Shown: one piece after another, positions 49,113 to 58,971 of the stretch | Numbering within the stretch: the stretch's first letter is position 1 | How the letters are laid out: each line of letters starts with the position of its first letter | NCBI GenBank assembly: GCA_963710375.1 | Contig: CAVPZX010000007.1 | Coordinates: 26,986-90,985 of the forward strand | Direction of reading: 5' to 3' | DNA length: 64,000 nucleotides | From: Nitrospirota bacterium | Lineage (GTDB): Bacteria > Nitrospirota > Thermodesulfovibrionia > Thermodesulfovibrionales > Dissulfurispiraceae | Position numbers and translations under genes: made by a program | Notes under the pieces: model-generated | Told to the model about the DNA's origin: nothing | Databases searched by the model: none | Seen by the model: the letters and a program-made list of their open reading frames with translations, nothing else

Positions 49113-49207
49113 GTCTTATAGTGCCTGAAGGACATCCTGGGTTGTTACACATTGGTCTGTTTTGGTGCAATTAATAAGCGTGGTGCGCCATTAAGTAAGG
49201 CAATTTC

Positions 49208-50752
49208 TCATGACTTGTTCCACCAACCCCCGCCTAGCGCCATAAATAATGCCGCGGTGTCGGCAAAGCGGTTGGCCTTTGCCTGCACGAGATTGATCAC
49301 TGCCTGCTGATAAGCCTGTTCGGCGGAGAGCAACGATAAGTAATTAACGTAGCCGAGTTCGAACTGCCGGCGTGCAAGGTCGAGGCTCCGTTTGGAGGCC
49401 TGCTCGAAGGCCGCTGCTGCTTTCAGGGTATCGGCATCGGATTGGAGCGCATGCAGAGTGTCCGCCACATTTTGGAAAGCTGCGATTACCGTGCTGCGAT
49501 ACTGCGCCTCAGCCTGATCAAGGCCAGCTTCAGCAGCGCGTTTCCTGTGCAGTAAAGTGCCCCCCTGGAAAATCGGCTGCGTAAGATCACCGGCCAGGGA
49601 CCAGAAGCCGGTGCCGGGGGTGAATAACTTGCTGATCCCTATAGCAGTGGAGCCCAAATCGGCACTGATTGTAATGTTCGGCAGCAAGGCGGCTACCGCT
49701 ACACCCACCTGGGCGTTGGCAGCATGCAGCTGCTCCTCGGCGGCACGCACGTCCGGGCGCTGCTCTACAAGTTTGGAGGGGAGGCTTACCGGCAGATCCT
49801 GCGGAAGACTGAGCGCCGCAAAATCGAATTTCTCCTCCAGTTCCTCGTTCGGGAAGCGTCCCGCAAGGGCAGTAAGCAGATCGCGAGTTTGTGCCAGCTG
49901 GTTCTGGAGTGGGGGCAAGGTTTGCTGCACCTGGGCAAGGGCCGCTTCCTGTGCCGCTACATCCAGCCCGGCAACATAACCGAGCTCGAACTGTCTGCGC
50001 AGCAGGGCGAGCATCTCGGTCTCGATCTTGACAATGCTGAGTGTTGCGGAAATCTGAGAGCGCAATGAAGCCTCCTGAATGGCTGCGGCCACCACGTTTG
50101 ACGTCAGCGCGAGATAAGTCGCCTCAAGCTGGAAACGTTGAAAATCGGCCTGGGCTGTCAGGGATTCCACCAGTCGCCGGTTGCTGCCGAAAACGTCAGG
50201 CGCATAGCCCACACTTACCTGAGCGGTGTGGAGATTATAGGGTTCTTCCTCGGAACTCAGCACCGGCGAAATGGTGCCTGAGTCCTTTGCGCGGCCGGCT
50301 GAATAACCGGCCTGGACAGTGGGATAGTAATAGCCGGCCTGGGCAGAGACGTTCTCCCGGGCCTGGCGCAAGGCTGCCTTAGCTGCGTCGATAGAGGGGT
50401 TAGTCTTAAGCGATTTTTCGATCAGCGCATTTAGCGTAGGCGACTTGAACAACGTCCACCACTGCTGCGGAATATCCATGCCCATGACAAACCGTTGCTC
50501 CTCGCCGCCTGCCACGTTTGCGGCAGATGATATTGAAGTCAGCGGCTGAACGGTATAGCCGCCATTGGCTGGTGCTGTGGGGCGATGGAAGTCAGGACCC
50601 ACTGTGCAACCGGCCATTAGCACAAGGGCCAGGAGAGAAGTTGCGGAGGTGAGAAGTTGAGAAGTTGGGATTTTGCTCATCTTCACATCTTCACATCTTC
50701 GCAACTTCGGTTTTTTCTCATCTTCCCAACTTCTCAACTTCTCAACTTCCAT
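49208..50752 (-). CDS. NodT family efflux outer membrane lipoprotein (paralogue)
   Basis: ATG 50752 with GAGG SD, lipobox LMAGC-TVGPDF, RPDVRAAE and ALGGGWW. Confidence 0.92.
   Translation of the reverse strand: MEVEKLRSWEDEKKPKLRRCEDVKMSKIPTSQLLTSATSLLALVLMAGCTVGPDFHRPTAPANGGYTVQPLTSISSAANVAGGEEQRFVMGMDIPQQWWTLFKSPTLNALIEKSLKTNPSIDAAKAALRQARENVSAQAGYYYPTVQAGYSAGRAKDSGTISPVLSSEEEPYNLHTAQVSVGYAPDVFGSNRRLVESLTAQADFQRFQLEATYLALTSNVVAAAIQEASLRSQISATLSIVKIETEMLALLRRQFELGYVAGLDVAAQEAALAQVQQTLPPLQNQLAQTRDLLTALAGRFPNEELEEKFDFAALSLPQDLPVSLPSKLVEQRPDVRAAEEQLHAANAQVGVAVAALLPNITISADLGSTAIGISKLFTPGTGFWSLAGDLTQPIFQGGTLLHRKRAAEAGLDQAEAQYRSTVIAAFQNVADTLHALQSDADTLKAAAAFEQASKRSLDLARRQFELGYVNYLSLLSAEQAYQQAVINLVQAKANRFADTAALFMALGGGWWNKS
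50637..50749. repeat. GAAGNTGN 8-mer palindromic element inside an OMF signal peptide
   Basis: Four forward units at 50637-50668; inverted blocks at 50677-50708 and 50718-50749. The core matches 47021-47076. Confidence 0.9.
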
Positions 50753-53700
50753 TGTGTGCCTCACTCTTTTCACTTTTTATCTGTTTTTCACGCAGGAACA
50801 GCATACTGAGCGCCGGCACGACTACAAGCAGCATGAATGGGCCGATGAACATGCCGCCAACGATCACGGTAGCAAGCGGGCGCTGCACCTGGCTTCCGAT
50901 GCCGGTCGAAATCGCTGCAGGGAGAAGACCGATACAGGCGGAGAGACTTGTCATAAGCAATGGACGCATGCGGGTTGATGCGGCGTGGAACATCGCGTCC
51001 ACGGGCGCGCTTCCGCGGAGCCTTGCCTGGTTGTAATAGGTAATCATCAGTATGCCGTTCATGACGGATACGCCAAATAGCGAGACAAAGCCGACAGCGG
51101 CAGAGATGCTGAAATTGAGACCGGAGATATAGAGGGCCAACACGCCGCCGGCAACTGCGAAGGGTATTCCGACAAGCGCCAGCAGGCTGTCACGCAGCGA
51201 ATTGAACGTGGTATAGAGCAGCCCCAGGATAAGCACGAGGCTGATCGGCACTATGATTTCGAGGCGCTTTTTGGCTTTCTGCAGGTCGCCAAATTCGCCG
51301 GCCCAGATGAGCCGGTACCCGGGCGGCAGCTTCACGTTTTTCGCGATCTGATTCTGGGCTTCGGCAACAGTGCCACCGAGGTCGCGTTCGCGCACGCTGA
51401 ACTTGACCGGGATGAAGCGTTGCACACTCTCGTGATAGATCCAGGACGCCCCGGTGTCCAGGGTGATCGTCGCCACTTCGCTCAAGGGGATATAAGCGTT
51501 GGCGCCGCTGCTCGTTTGATAAGCCACCTTGACGTCGCGGATTTTTTCGATGCTGTCGCGGTATTTTGGCGGGAAACGGACAACCAGATCGAACTGGCGA
51601 TCGCCCTCTAAAACAGATGTTGCCGTTGTTCCGCCAAGCGCTGCCTGAATAACAGTGTTGACATCGCCGGTATTGAGACCATACCGCGCGGCATTGGCCC
51701 TATCCACCTTGATATTCAGGTTCGGCTGTCCCAGGACCGGAAAGATTCCGAGGTCGGCGACGCCGCGGACCTTACTCATTTGGTCCCGGATTTGCGTGGC
51801 CAGCTTTGTCAAGGTTTCGAGATTTGGTCCGACGATCTTGACCGAGTTGACGGCTTTGACGCCGGAAATGGCCTCTTCGATGTTGTCCTGGATATATTGA
51901 GAGAAGTTGAAGATGACCCCGGGCAACTCGCGCTCAAGTCCGGCGTTGACCTGCTCGGTCAGTTTCTCCTTGGTCATACCCCTTGGCCATTGGTCGAGAG
52001 GCTTGAGCACAGCGAACAGTTCGACATTCGAAAATGGCGACGCATCGCTGCCGTCATCGGGCCTGCCATGCTGGGAGGTTACGGTAATGACCTCAGGAAA
52101 TTTCAGGAGAATCAGGCGCATCTTTCTCGTAGCCGCCTCACCGTCTTCCAACGAAAGCGTTGTGGGCATGGAAGCGCGGATCCAAAAATTGCCTTCTTCA
52201 AGTTGCGGTAGGAATTCGCTTCCGAGCCACTGGACCAGCAATCCGGCCAAGGCTATAAAAATAATTCCGATAACCACTATGATCCTGCGGCGGTCGAGGG
52301 CGAAACGAAGCACCGGATCGTAAAGGCGGTGCAGTAAGCGGACTACTATTGTCTCGGTTTCCTTCAGATGATCGGGGAGCAGAAAGGACGCAAGCACAGG
52401 GGTGACTGTGAAAGTTGCTATCAAGGCGCCGGCCAGCGCGTAACCGTATGTGCGGGCCATTGGGCCGAATATTGCTCCCTCGACTCCTTGCATTGTGAAG
52501 AGCGGCACGAAAGCGGCCACGGTGATCAAGGCTGAGAAAAAAACTGCCTTGTCCACTTGCAGCGCGCTTATCAGAATCAGCCGCAGTCGGTCCGTCCATT
52601 TGTGGCTTTGGCCCAGTGCAGCATGCGTCGATATTCTCGTCGGATCAGCCCCCCAGTGGCCCTCGGCAAGATTTTGGAACAGACCATGTCTTTCTTCCTG
52701 GCTTCCCTGGAAGTTTCGGAAGATGTTCTCGACAAGGATCACAGCCGAATCCACTATGATGCCGAAATCAACTGCGCCGACCGAGAGCAGGTTCGCGCTT
52801 TCGCCCTGGATCACCAGGAGGATGATCGCGAAGAACAGCGCAAACGGAATATTGAATCCGACGATGATGGCGCTGCGGAGATTACCGAGGAAAATCCATT
52901 GAACCAGGAAGACCAGAAGGCATCCAAAGATCAGGTTGTGCAAAACGGTTTGGGTAGTGACCGAGATCAATGATCCGCGATCATAAAAGGGAACCAGCTT
53001 GACACCTGGCGGCAAGCTCCCATCGTGATTCATCTTCTCAATTTCGGCTTTGACCTTTGGCAGCATGTCGTGAGCATGCTCTGTACGGCTCATCACCACA
53101 ATCGATGCCACGGCGTCGTCCTCCATGTCGTGACCCCAAATCCCTAGTCTTGGCCTATAGCCCACTAAGACCTTCGCAACATCCTTTACCAGAACGGGGA
53201 CGCCGTTTGCTTGGGTGAGGACAACGTTCTCGATGTCATCAACCTTGTAGCCCTGGGTCAAATCATCACTACCGCCATCGTCAATCAGCCCGACTCCGCG
53301 GATGTTGATGGATTGCTGGCCGATGCGGATTTCACGTCCTCCCACGTTGATATTGGCGTTACCCAGAGCTGTCAGGATTTGGGGCACCGTGACATTGTAG
53401 GCTTCCAATTTGTGCGGATCGGCTTCGACCTCGAATTCCTTTGTTGGGCCGCCCCAACTGTTGATGGCAATTATGCCGGGAATGGTCAACAAACGGCGCG
53501 CTACGATCCAATCCTGGACCGTTCTGAGATTGGTTATTCCGAAATGCTTCGGACCGATCACCTGGTAACGGAATATTTCCCCGGTACCGCTGTTTTGTTG
53601 AATCGTGGGCACCAGATTGCCCGGAAGACTGACATTTTGTTGCAATGAGATGGCAGCCTGGCTGTAGGCAAAATGATAGTCCACCCCATACTTGAAAACG

Positions 53701-53984
53701 ACCCGGACGAATGACAGGCCATAAAACGAGGTTGACCGGATGACATCGATGCCTGGAGTTGTGTAGAGCCCGATTTCGATTGGGCGAGTATAGTAACGCT
53801 CCATCTCCTCGGCCGAGAGGCCCGGCGACTGCGCGGTAATCTCAAGGATGACCGGAGCTGGATTTGGATAGGCATCGATGTTGAGCTTTTGAAAAGAGAG
53901 GAACGCGCCACCCGCAAACAGCAGCAACCCTACAACAACAATTGCCCGGTGGGTCAGACAAAATGATATGAGCGACTTGAACAT
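50742..53984 (-). CDS. CusA/CzcA family RND transporter (paralogue)
   Basis: LNIDAYP, ANLLSVGAVDFGIIVDSAVILVEN, RMRPLLMT and QRPLATVIVGG. Confidence 0.95.
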   Translation of the reverse strand: MFKSLISFCLTHRAIVVVGLLLFAGGAFLSFQKLNIDAYPNPAPVILEITAQSPGLSAEEMERYYTRPIEIGLYTTPGIDVIRSTSFYGLSFVRVVFKYGVDYHFAYSQAAISLQQNVSLPGNLVPTIQQNSGTGEIFRYQVIGPKHFGITNLRTVQDWIVARRLLTIPGIIAINSWGGPTKEFEVEADPHKLEAYNVTVPQILTALGNANINVGGREIRIGQQSINIRGVGLIDDGGSDDLTQGYKVDDIENVVLTQANGVPVLVKDVAKVLVGYRPRLGIWGHDMEDDAVASIVVMSRTEHAHDMLPKVKAEIEKMNHDGSLPPGVKLVPFYDRGSLISVTTQTVLHNLIFGCLLVFLVQWIFLGNLRSAIIVGFNIPFALFFAIILLVIQGESANLLSVGAVDFGIIVDSAVILVENIFRNFQGSQEERHGLFQNLAEGHWGADPTRISTHAALGQSHKWTDRLRLILISALQVDKAVFFSALITVAAFVPLFTMQGVEGAIFGPMARTYGYALAGALIATFTVTPVLASFLLPDHLKETETIVVRLLHRLYDPVLRFALDRRRIIVVIGIIFIALAGLLVQWLGSEFLPQLEEGNFWIRASMPTTLSLEDGEAATRKMRLILLKFPEVITVTSQHGRPDDGSDASPFSNVELFAVLKPLDQWPRGMTKEKLTEQVNAGLERELPGVIFNFSQYIQDNIEEAISGVKAVNSVKIVGPNLETLTKLATQIRDQMSKVRGVADLGIFPVLGQPNLNIKVDRANAARYGLNTGDVNTVIQAALGGTTATSVLEGDRQFDLVVRFPPKYRDSIEKIRDVKVAYQTSSGANAYIPLSEVATITLDTGASWIYHESVQRFIPVKFSVRERDLGGTVAEAQNQIAKNVKLPPGYRLIWAGEFGDLQKAKKRLEIIVPISLVLILGLLYTTFNSLRDSLLALVGIPFAVAGGVLALYISGLNFSISAAVGFVSLFGVSVMNGILMITYYNQARLRGSAPVDAMFHAASTRMRPLLMTSLSACIGLLPAAISTGIGSQVQRPLATVIVGGMFIGPFMLLVVVPALSMLFLREKQIKSEKSEAHNGS

Positions 53985-53986
53985 GG

Positions 53987-55180
53987 CTAATCGGTTGGCG
54001 GCGCGTCCAGCATGCTGCTCAGGAATACGCCGCCATCGGTAACTACCAGTTCGCCCGGTTGGAGACCTTCGACAATCTGATCCCAGCCGTCCTTTTGCAG
54101 GCCAAGCTTGACCGGCCTTTGCGCGAAGCTATGGCGGTCCGTGGTGATCCAAACAGTAATCGTGCCGTCGCCTTCGTGGACCACGCTCGTAGACGGGACC
54201 GCAATAGAGCGGACCGGGTCACCCATACGAATGGTAAAGGCGGCGAGCATTCCCGGCCGCAGTTCGTGCTTAGGATCATGAATTTCCGAGCGGACCATGA
54301 GCCGATGAGTATTCGGGTCGACGGCTGCGCCGAGGGTCGAAATTTTTCCCTCGAACAGCCGGCCCGGAAATGCCATGAGCTTGACCTTGACCTCCTGTCC
54401 AACATGGAAAAGCGGGCTATCGCTTTCGGTAACATACGCCAGCATCCAAATGGTCGATATGTCGGCAACCGAGTAAGGGGCGGGCGGGGCGCCGGGTTGC
54501 ACCAGGAGTCCTGGCGCAGCATTTCGGGCTGTGACGCGTCCTGTTAACGGGCTGGGCACGACCATCACTGGGTCGATCCGCCGCCTGGCCACGATTTGAT
54601 CGATCTCGGCTTCAGTTTTGCCGAAGATGCGAACAGCAGGGCGGGCCGCCTTGAGCGCACCCTCAGCAGTCTGCTGGTCGGAGATTGCCTGTTGCAGATC
54701 CTTCTGGGAGATTCCCTGTGTCTCATAGAGCTTCCTGGCCCGTTCCAGCGCCTGGGTGGTAAGGTCCAGGACACCCGCAGTCGAGATCAAAGTCGATTCT
54801 GCCTGTATAAGGTCTGGACTCTCAATTGTGTATAGCGTTTTCCCTTTGGCCACCTCATCGCCTAGGTTGGCGAACAGCCCGATGATTTTCCCCTGGTTCG
54901 GCGGGAAGACCTGAACCGACCTGTCCTGGTTGAAGTCGAGACTGCCTACCGCCTCTCGCTCGATCTCGAAAAGATGCTCTCCTACAGGCTCGACCTTGAT
55001 CGATTTAAGCTGAGCATCTTCCAGTGTCACGGTTTTTGTTACGAGAGGGTCGGTTGATTTGATCATATCCTTGCGTGAACCGCCCGGCGTTTCGGAACCT
55101 GCAGAATTGCAGCCGGCTCCCGAAGCGACAAACAGGAAAAGCCAGCACAGATAAAATATTTGCTTAATGTGCCGTCGCAC
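53987..55180 (-). CDS. RND efflux membrane fusion lipoprotein
   Basis: GTG start (AAGGTGG SD), GAGC lipobox, SPLTGRV, ADISTIWM and LRPGM. Confidence 0.9.
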   Translation of the reverse strand: MRRHIKQIFYLCWLFLFVASGAGCNSAGSETPGGSRKDMIKSTDPLVTKTVTLEDAQLKSIKVEPVGEHLFEIEREAVGSLDFNQDRSVQVFPPNQGKIIGLFANLGDEVAKGKTLYTIESPDLIQAESTLISTAGVLDLTTQALERARKLYETQGISQKDLQQAISDQQTAEGALKAARPAVRIFGKTEAEIDQIVARRRIDPVMVVPSPLTGRVTARNAAPGLLVQPGAPPAPYSVADISTIWMLAYVTESDSPLFHVGQEVKVKLMAFPGRLFEGKISTLGAAVDPNTHRLMVRSEIHDPKHELRPGMLAAFTIRMGDPVRSIAVPSTSVVHEGDGTITVWITTDRHSFAQRPVKLGLQKDGWDQIVEGLQPGELVVTDGGVFLSSMLDAPPTD

Positions 55181-55247
55181 AGTGTACCACCTTTCTTTCC
55201 GCTCAAATGAAGTATATGCTTTAAACATGGTGCTATAATAAAAAATA

Positions 55248-55266
55248 AAACTTACACCAAACTTAC
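55248..55266. promoter_or_regulatory. 11-bp-period direct repeat, candidate OmpR-family operator
   Basis: AAACTTAC-acc-AAACTTAC in the divergent intergenic region, next to TGCTATAAT (+, 55231) and TATACT (-, 55211-55216). Confidence 0.55.
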
Positions 55267-55279
55267 GGGTAGATAGCGA

Positions 55280-55951
55280 ATGAAAATTCTTGTTGTCGAA
55301 GATGATAAAGTACTTGCCGATGGGCTGATGACATCGATGATGCAGGCTGGACACGCCGCTGACTGGACTGATAACGGCGAGGAAGCCGATATTATTCTTT
55401 CATCACAGGTTTATGATCTTGTAATTCTCGATCTGGGTTTGCCGCATATGGATGGGCTGCAAGTTCTGGAGAGAATGCGCAAACGAGGGATCAAGACACC
55501 GGTCCTGATCCTGACTGCAAGGGATGCCGTGGAAGAAAGGATCAGCGGGTTGGACGCAGGCGCGGACGACTACATTACGAAGCCTTTCAACCTGGGAGAA
55601 CTTGAAGCCCGCGTCAGGGTCCTGTTAAGGCGAGGCCAGTGCGGCGGCACTAATGAGATATGTCTGGGATCGCTGGCAGTTGATACGGTTGGGAAAAAGG
55701 TGACTGTCGGAGGGCGTGCACTCGATCTTTCAGCGCGTGAACTGTGCATTCTTGAGGTGCTCTTGCGCAACATTGGGCATGTGGTGAGCAAGAGTCAAAT
55801 ATTGGAAAAAATGTACGGTTGGGATGAGGATGTAAGTGAAAACGCAATTGAAGTATTCATTCACAGGCTCAGAAAAAAAATGGACGGCGCAGACGTTTCT
55901 ATCCGCAATGTACGAGGTCTTGGATATTCAATAATCGAATCAAATGAATAA
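55280..55951 (+). CDS. OmpR family response regulator (TctD/QseB-like)
   Basis: LDLGLPHMDG, LTARD, GADDYITKPF, EVFIHRLRKK and RGLGY. Confidence 0.95.
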   Translation: MKILVVEDDKVLADGLMTSMMQAGHAADWTDNGEEADIILSSQVYDLVILDLGLPHMDGLQVLERMRKRGIKTPVLILTARDAVEERISGLDAGADDYITKPFNLGELEARVRVLLRRGQCGGTNEICLGSLAVDTVGKKVTVGGRALDLSARELCILEVLLRNIGHVVSKSQILEKMYGWDEDVSENAIEVFIHRLRKKMDGADVSIRNVRGLGYSIIESNE

Positions 55952-57329
55952 GAACATTTCCCTTCGCAGAAAGCTTATCGTCCGGCTGCTCCTGCCGATG
56001 CTGTTCATTTGGTGTATCGGATCAATAGGCTCATATTACTTCGCTTACAAATTCGCCAATATAGCATATGACCGCTCCCTGGCTGATTCTGCCAGGGACC
56101 TTGCACGACAGGTAACTATTGTCAACGGCCGTGAAACATTGGACCTGCCTCCGGCAGCGGAAAAAATGTTTCTGACGGATGAATTTGACAAAATATTCTT
56201 GAAGGTAACCAATTCAGAAGGAGATCTGCTGGCAGGCGAACACAATCTGCCGTCTCCCGCAGTAACTAGCGATAGTGACGCACTCATTATGCATGACGGC
56301 ATAGTGCAAGGCCGGAAAGTGCGAATAGCCTCGCGCTACTATCTGCCTTCGAAAAGTCAGTCGAAACGTCCTGTTTTGGTCCAGGCTGCTGAAACCTTAA
56401 ATAAGCGCAAGATACTTGCAAACGAAATCCTTACTGCCCTCGTGCTCCCACAACTCTTGCTCATATTATCTGCATCGTTGGTAGTATGGCTTGGAATAAG
56501 CAGAGGTCTCCAGCCCCTGGAGCATTTGCGCAGCGAAATTACGGCCCGCTCCCATCGCGACCTGAGTCCTGTTGAGGAGGGCCATGCACCAATGGAAGTT
56601 CTCCCGCTCATAGACTCTATTAACGGACTTATGGCCCGTCTCGACAATGCGATGTCTGCTCAGCAGCGTTTTGTATCCAATGCCGCTCATCAGCTCCGCA
56701 CCCCGGTAGCGGGTTTAATAACCCAGATAGATTTGGCTTTAAGACAGAGCGACAGTGAGAGTTTGTTCCGCTCGCTTCAGCAACTGCGGATTAGCTCCGA
56801 AAGGATCGCCCGTCTTGTCAGTCAGATGCTGGATCTCGCCAAGGTCGGACCTGATGCCGATAAGATGCCTGAACTGAAACCCTTGGACCTGACCGAAACA
56901 GTTCAGGAAACGACTAAGACATGGTTCTCCCATGCTTTAGGAAAAAAAATTGATATAGGTTATGAAGGACCCAATGAAGAAATAATTATCAATGGGGACA
57001 AATTCCTTATGAAAATCCTGCTCGATAACCTTTTGGACAACGCACTGCGCTATTGTCCTCCTGGAAGCAGTGTCACGACAAAATTGGAAAAGAATGGCAA
57101 CATTATTTTATCAGTAGAAGACAACGGCCCCGGCATACCGGTGGAAGAAAGAGATTCGGTTTTCCAGAGGTTCTACCGCATCCTGGGCAATAATGCGGAA
57201 GGAAGCGGACTTGGGCTGTCCATAGTAAAAGAAATAGCAAATTTACACGAAGCAAATGTAGCTATTGATGATCCGGCTGATCATCAGGGCACAGTGGTAA
57301 AACTTATTTTTCACCCACACTCCACTTAA
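55944..57329 (+). CDS. Sensor histidine kinase (2CSK_N, TctE/QseC-like)
   Basis: Two TM helices, AYDRSL, AAHQLRTP, NLLDNA, DNGPGI and GSGLGL. Confidence 0.93.
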   Translation: MNKNISLRRKLIVRLLLPMLFIWCIGSIGSYYFAYKFANIAYDRSLADSARDLARQVTIVNGRETLDLPPAAEKMFLTDEFDKIFLKVTNSEGDLLAGEHNLPSPAVTSDSDALIMHDGIVQGRKVRIASRYYLPSKSQSKRPVLVQAAETLNKRKILANEILTALVLPQLLLILSASLVVWLGISRGLQPLEHLRSEITARSHRDLSPVEEGHAPMEVLPLIDSINGLMARLDNAMSAQQRFVSNAAHQLRTPVAGLITQIDLALRQSDSESLFRSLQQLRISSERIARLVSQMLDLAKVGPDADKMPELKPLDLTETVQETTKTWFSHALGKKIDIGYEGPNEEIIINGDKFLMKILLDNLLDNALRYCPPGSSVTTKLEKNGNIILSVEDNGPGIPVEERDSVFQRFYRILGNNAEGSGLGLSIVKEIANLHEANVAIDDPADHQGTVVKLIFHPHST

Positions 57330-58567
57330 ATCTTTCCCTGTCCCTTTAAAATGCTTATAAGCAGCTTGACCATCTCTGCGTCAAAATCCCCCTTTTCCCT
57401 TGTCTCTTTCGTTATTAAATCCAGGACAGCATAAGCGGTCATTGCCGGCTTGAACACTTTAGGAGTGACCAAGGCATCGTAACAGTCCACTATCGACATT
57501 ATCCTGCCAAACGTTGAGACAGCTATGCCTTTGAGCCCGTAAGGATAGCCGTTTCCTGACAGCCTCTCATGGTGCTGCCGCACGGCATTTAACGTGTCGC
57601 CCGACAACCCCTTGCTCTGCAGCATCTGACTTCCATCTATGACGTGGCGCTTCCATAAGGAAAACTCTTGATCTGTCAGTCGGTCCTTCTTGTTCAGTAT
57701 TTCCGGGGGGAGGACCGTCTTGCCGATGTCATGCACCATGGCTGCCATAGCGAGCCTGTCCACATTCTCCAACCTCATGGCTACGGCCATGGCGGTCGCA
57801 AGCACAGCGACGTTGTTGGAGTGGTTATAAATGTGCCAGTCCCCTTTTGCACGCATAAGCAGGTCGCTTAGCGCAACTTCTTTCCGTTTCAGTACGCCGA
57901 TGATCTGATTAGCCGAGTTGACCACTCCATCAGTTTTCTGCTGGCTGCCGGGGTCGGTCAGAAAGTCACGTACGCTCATTTTTACGCTTTCTTTGACTGT
58001 TGCTGCTTTGAGTTGGGGAGTTGCTGCTTTAGACGGCGCGGCAAGGAACGCGCGGTACAGCGGCATATCAGACACCTTTATGTAAATATCCCCGGGCGCC
58101 TTTTTTACTGATTCCGTAATAGTGGCGTCTTTGCCATCCACGATTGAGACGATGGGGATGAACCGCATATTGTCAACGGTGAATATGCTGAATCCGACCT
58201 TGGAGCCCGCGGGAAAAAGTATACGGCTGACGTGGTGGTAAAGGGATTTGTCGTTGGAATAAGCAAAACTCCCGCCGTCTGCTTTGGCTGGAACCGCCGC
58301 CGGCTTTTCCTTATCGAGATACTGCTTGACCTTAGCAGCGTCCCCCTCTATGTACAGGAACACAGTGCCCTGTTTTTTAAAGTTATCCTTGGTCGTCTGA
58401 TCGAACTTTGACCATTTTCGCAGCACACATGTGTAGCTTCCTGTCGGACTCTTGGTATAGACATCAAAGGGAACCATCAGGTCCAGGGGGAAACTGTCGA
58501 TGCCCACAGGGACTTTCACTTTCTGCGCGGATGCTGCACCCGAAACAGGTCCGTTTTCTACTGCCAT
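57326..58567 (-). CDS. HD-GYP domain phosphodiesterase
   Basis: HSNNV, HDIGK, HHERLSGNGYP and IVDCYDAL. Confidence 0.92.
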   Translation of the reverse strand: MAVENGPVSGAASAQKVKVPVGIDSFPLDLMVPFDVYTKSPTGSYTCVLRKWSKFDQTTKDNFKKQGTVFLYIEGDAAKVKQYLDKEKPAAVPAKADGGSFAYSNDKSLYHHVSRILFPAGSKVGFSIFTVDNMRFIPIVSIVDGKDATITESVKKAPGDIYIKVSDMPLYRAFLAAPSKAATPQLKAATVKESVKMSVRDFLTDPGSQQKTDGVVNSANQIIGVLKRKEVALSDLLMRAKGDWHIYNHSNNVAVLATAMAVAMRLENVDRLAMAAMVHDIGKTVLPPEILNKKDRLTDQEFSLWKRHVIDGSQMLQSKGLSGDTLNAVRQHHERLSGNGYPYGLKGIAVSTFGRIMSIVDCYDALVTPKVFKPAMTAYAVLDLITKETREKGDFDAEMVKLLISILKGQGKI

Positions 58568-58971
58568 TAATTCTCCATGTCCTTTTTGCTTTTGCTAATG
58601 TGCCACAATTTCATGGCGTTACTATAGCACAATTCGGAGGCTTTGAAAATTACAAAGCGAAACATCCTGGCAGAACATAAAAAGGCTTATGTCCTAAGAT
58701 TTGACGTAAAAAGTGCCGGATTCCCTAATTATCACGGGCAATATAGACTGGGGCAGGTCCGACAAGAGCTTGGCAAATAGGCTGCTTGTATTGATATGTT
58801 CTCTTTTTTCCTGCTATTATAATTGATACTGAAAAACCAATTTCAAATCAGCATATCAGTATTAGTCATTAATTGGTCATAAAGAATAAGAAGGTGTTCT
58901 AACCTTGAATATCTGGAGAAACCGGTCTGTTCGAATCAATTGCGGCCCTATACATTGAAAGGGCATGATTT

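Noticed and set aside
40352..50749. GAAGNTGN and other arrays as CRISPR
   Set aside because: Units are 6-9 nt in tandem without unique 30-40 nt spacers, and there are no cas genes.
58568..58971. ncRNA in the HD-GYP / kinase intergenic region
   Set aside because: No recognisable conserved structure; consistent with divergent promoters only.
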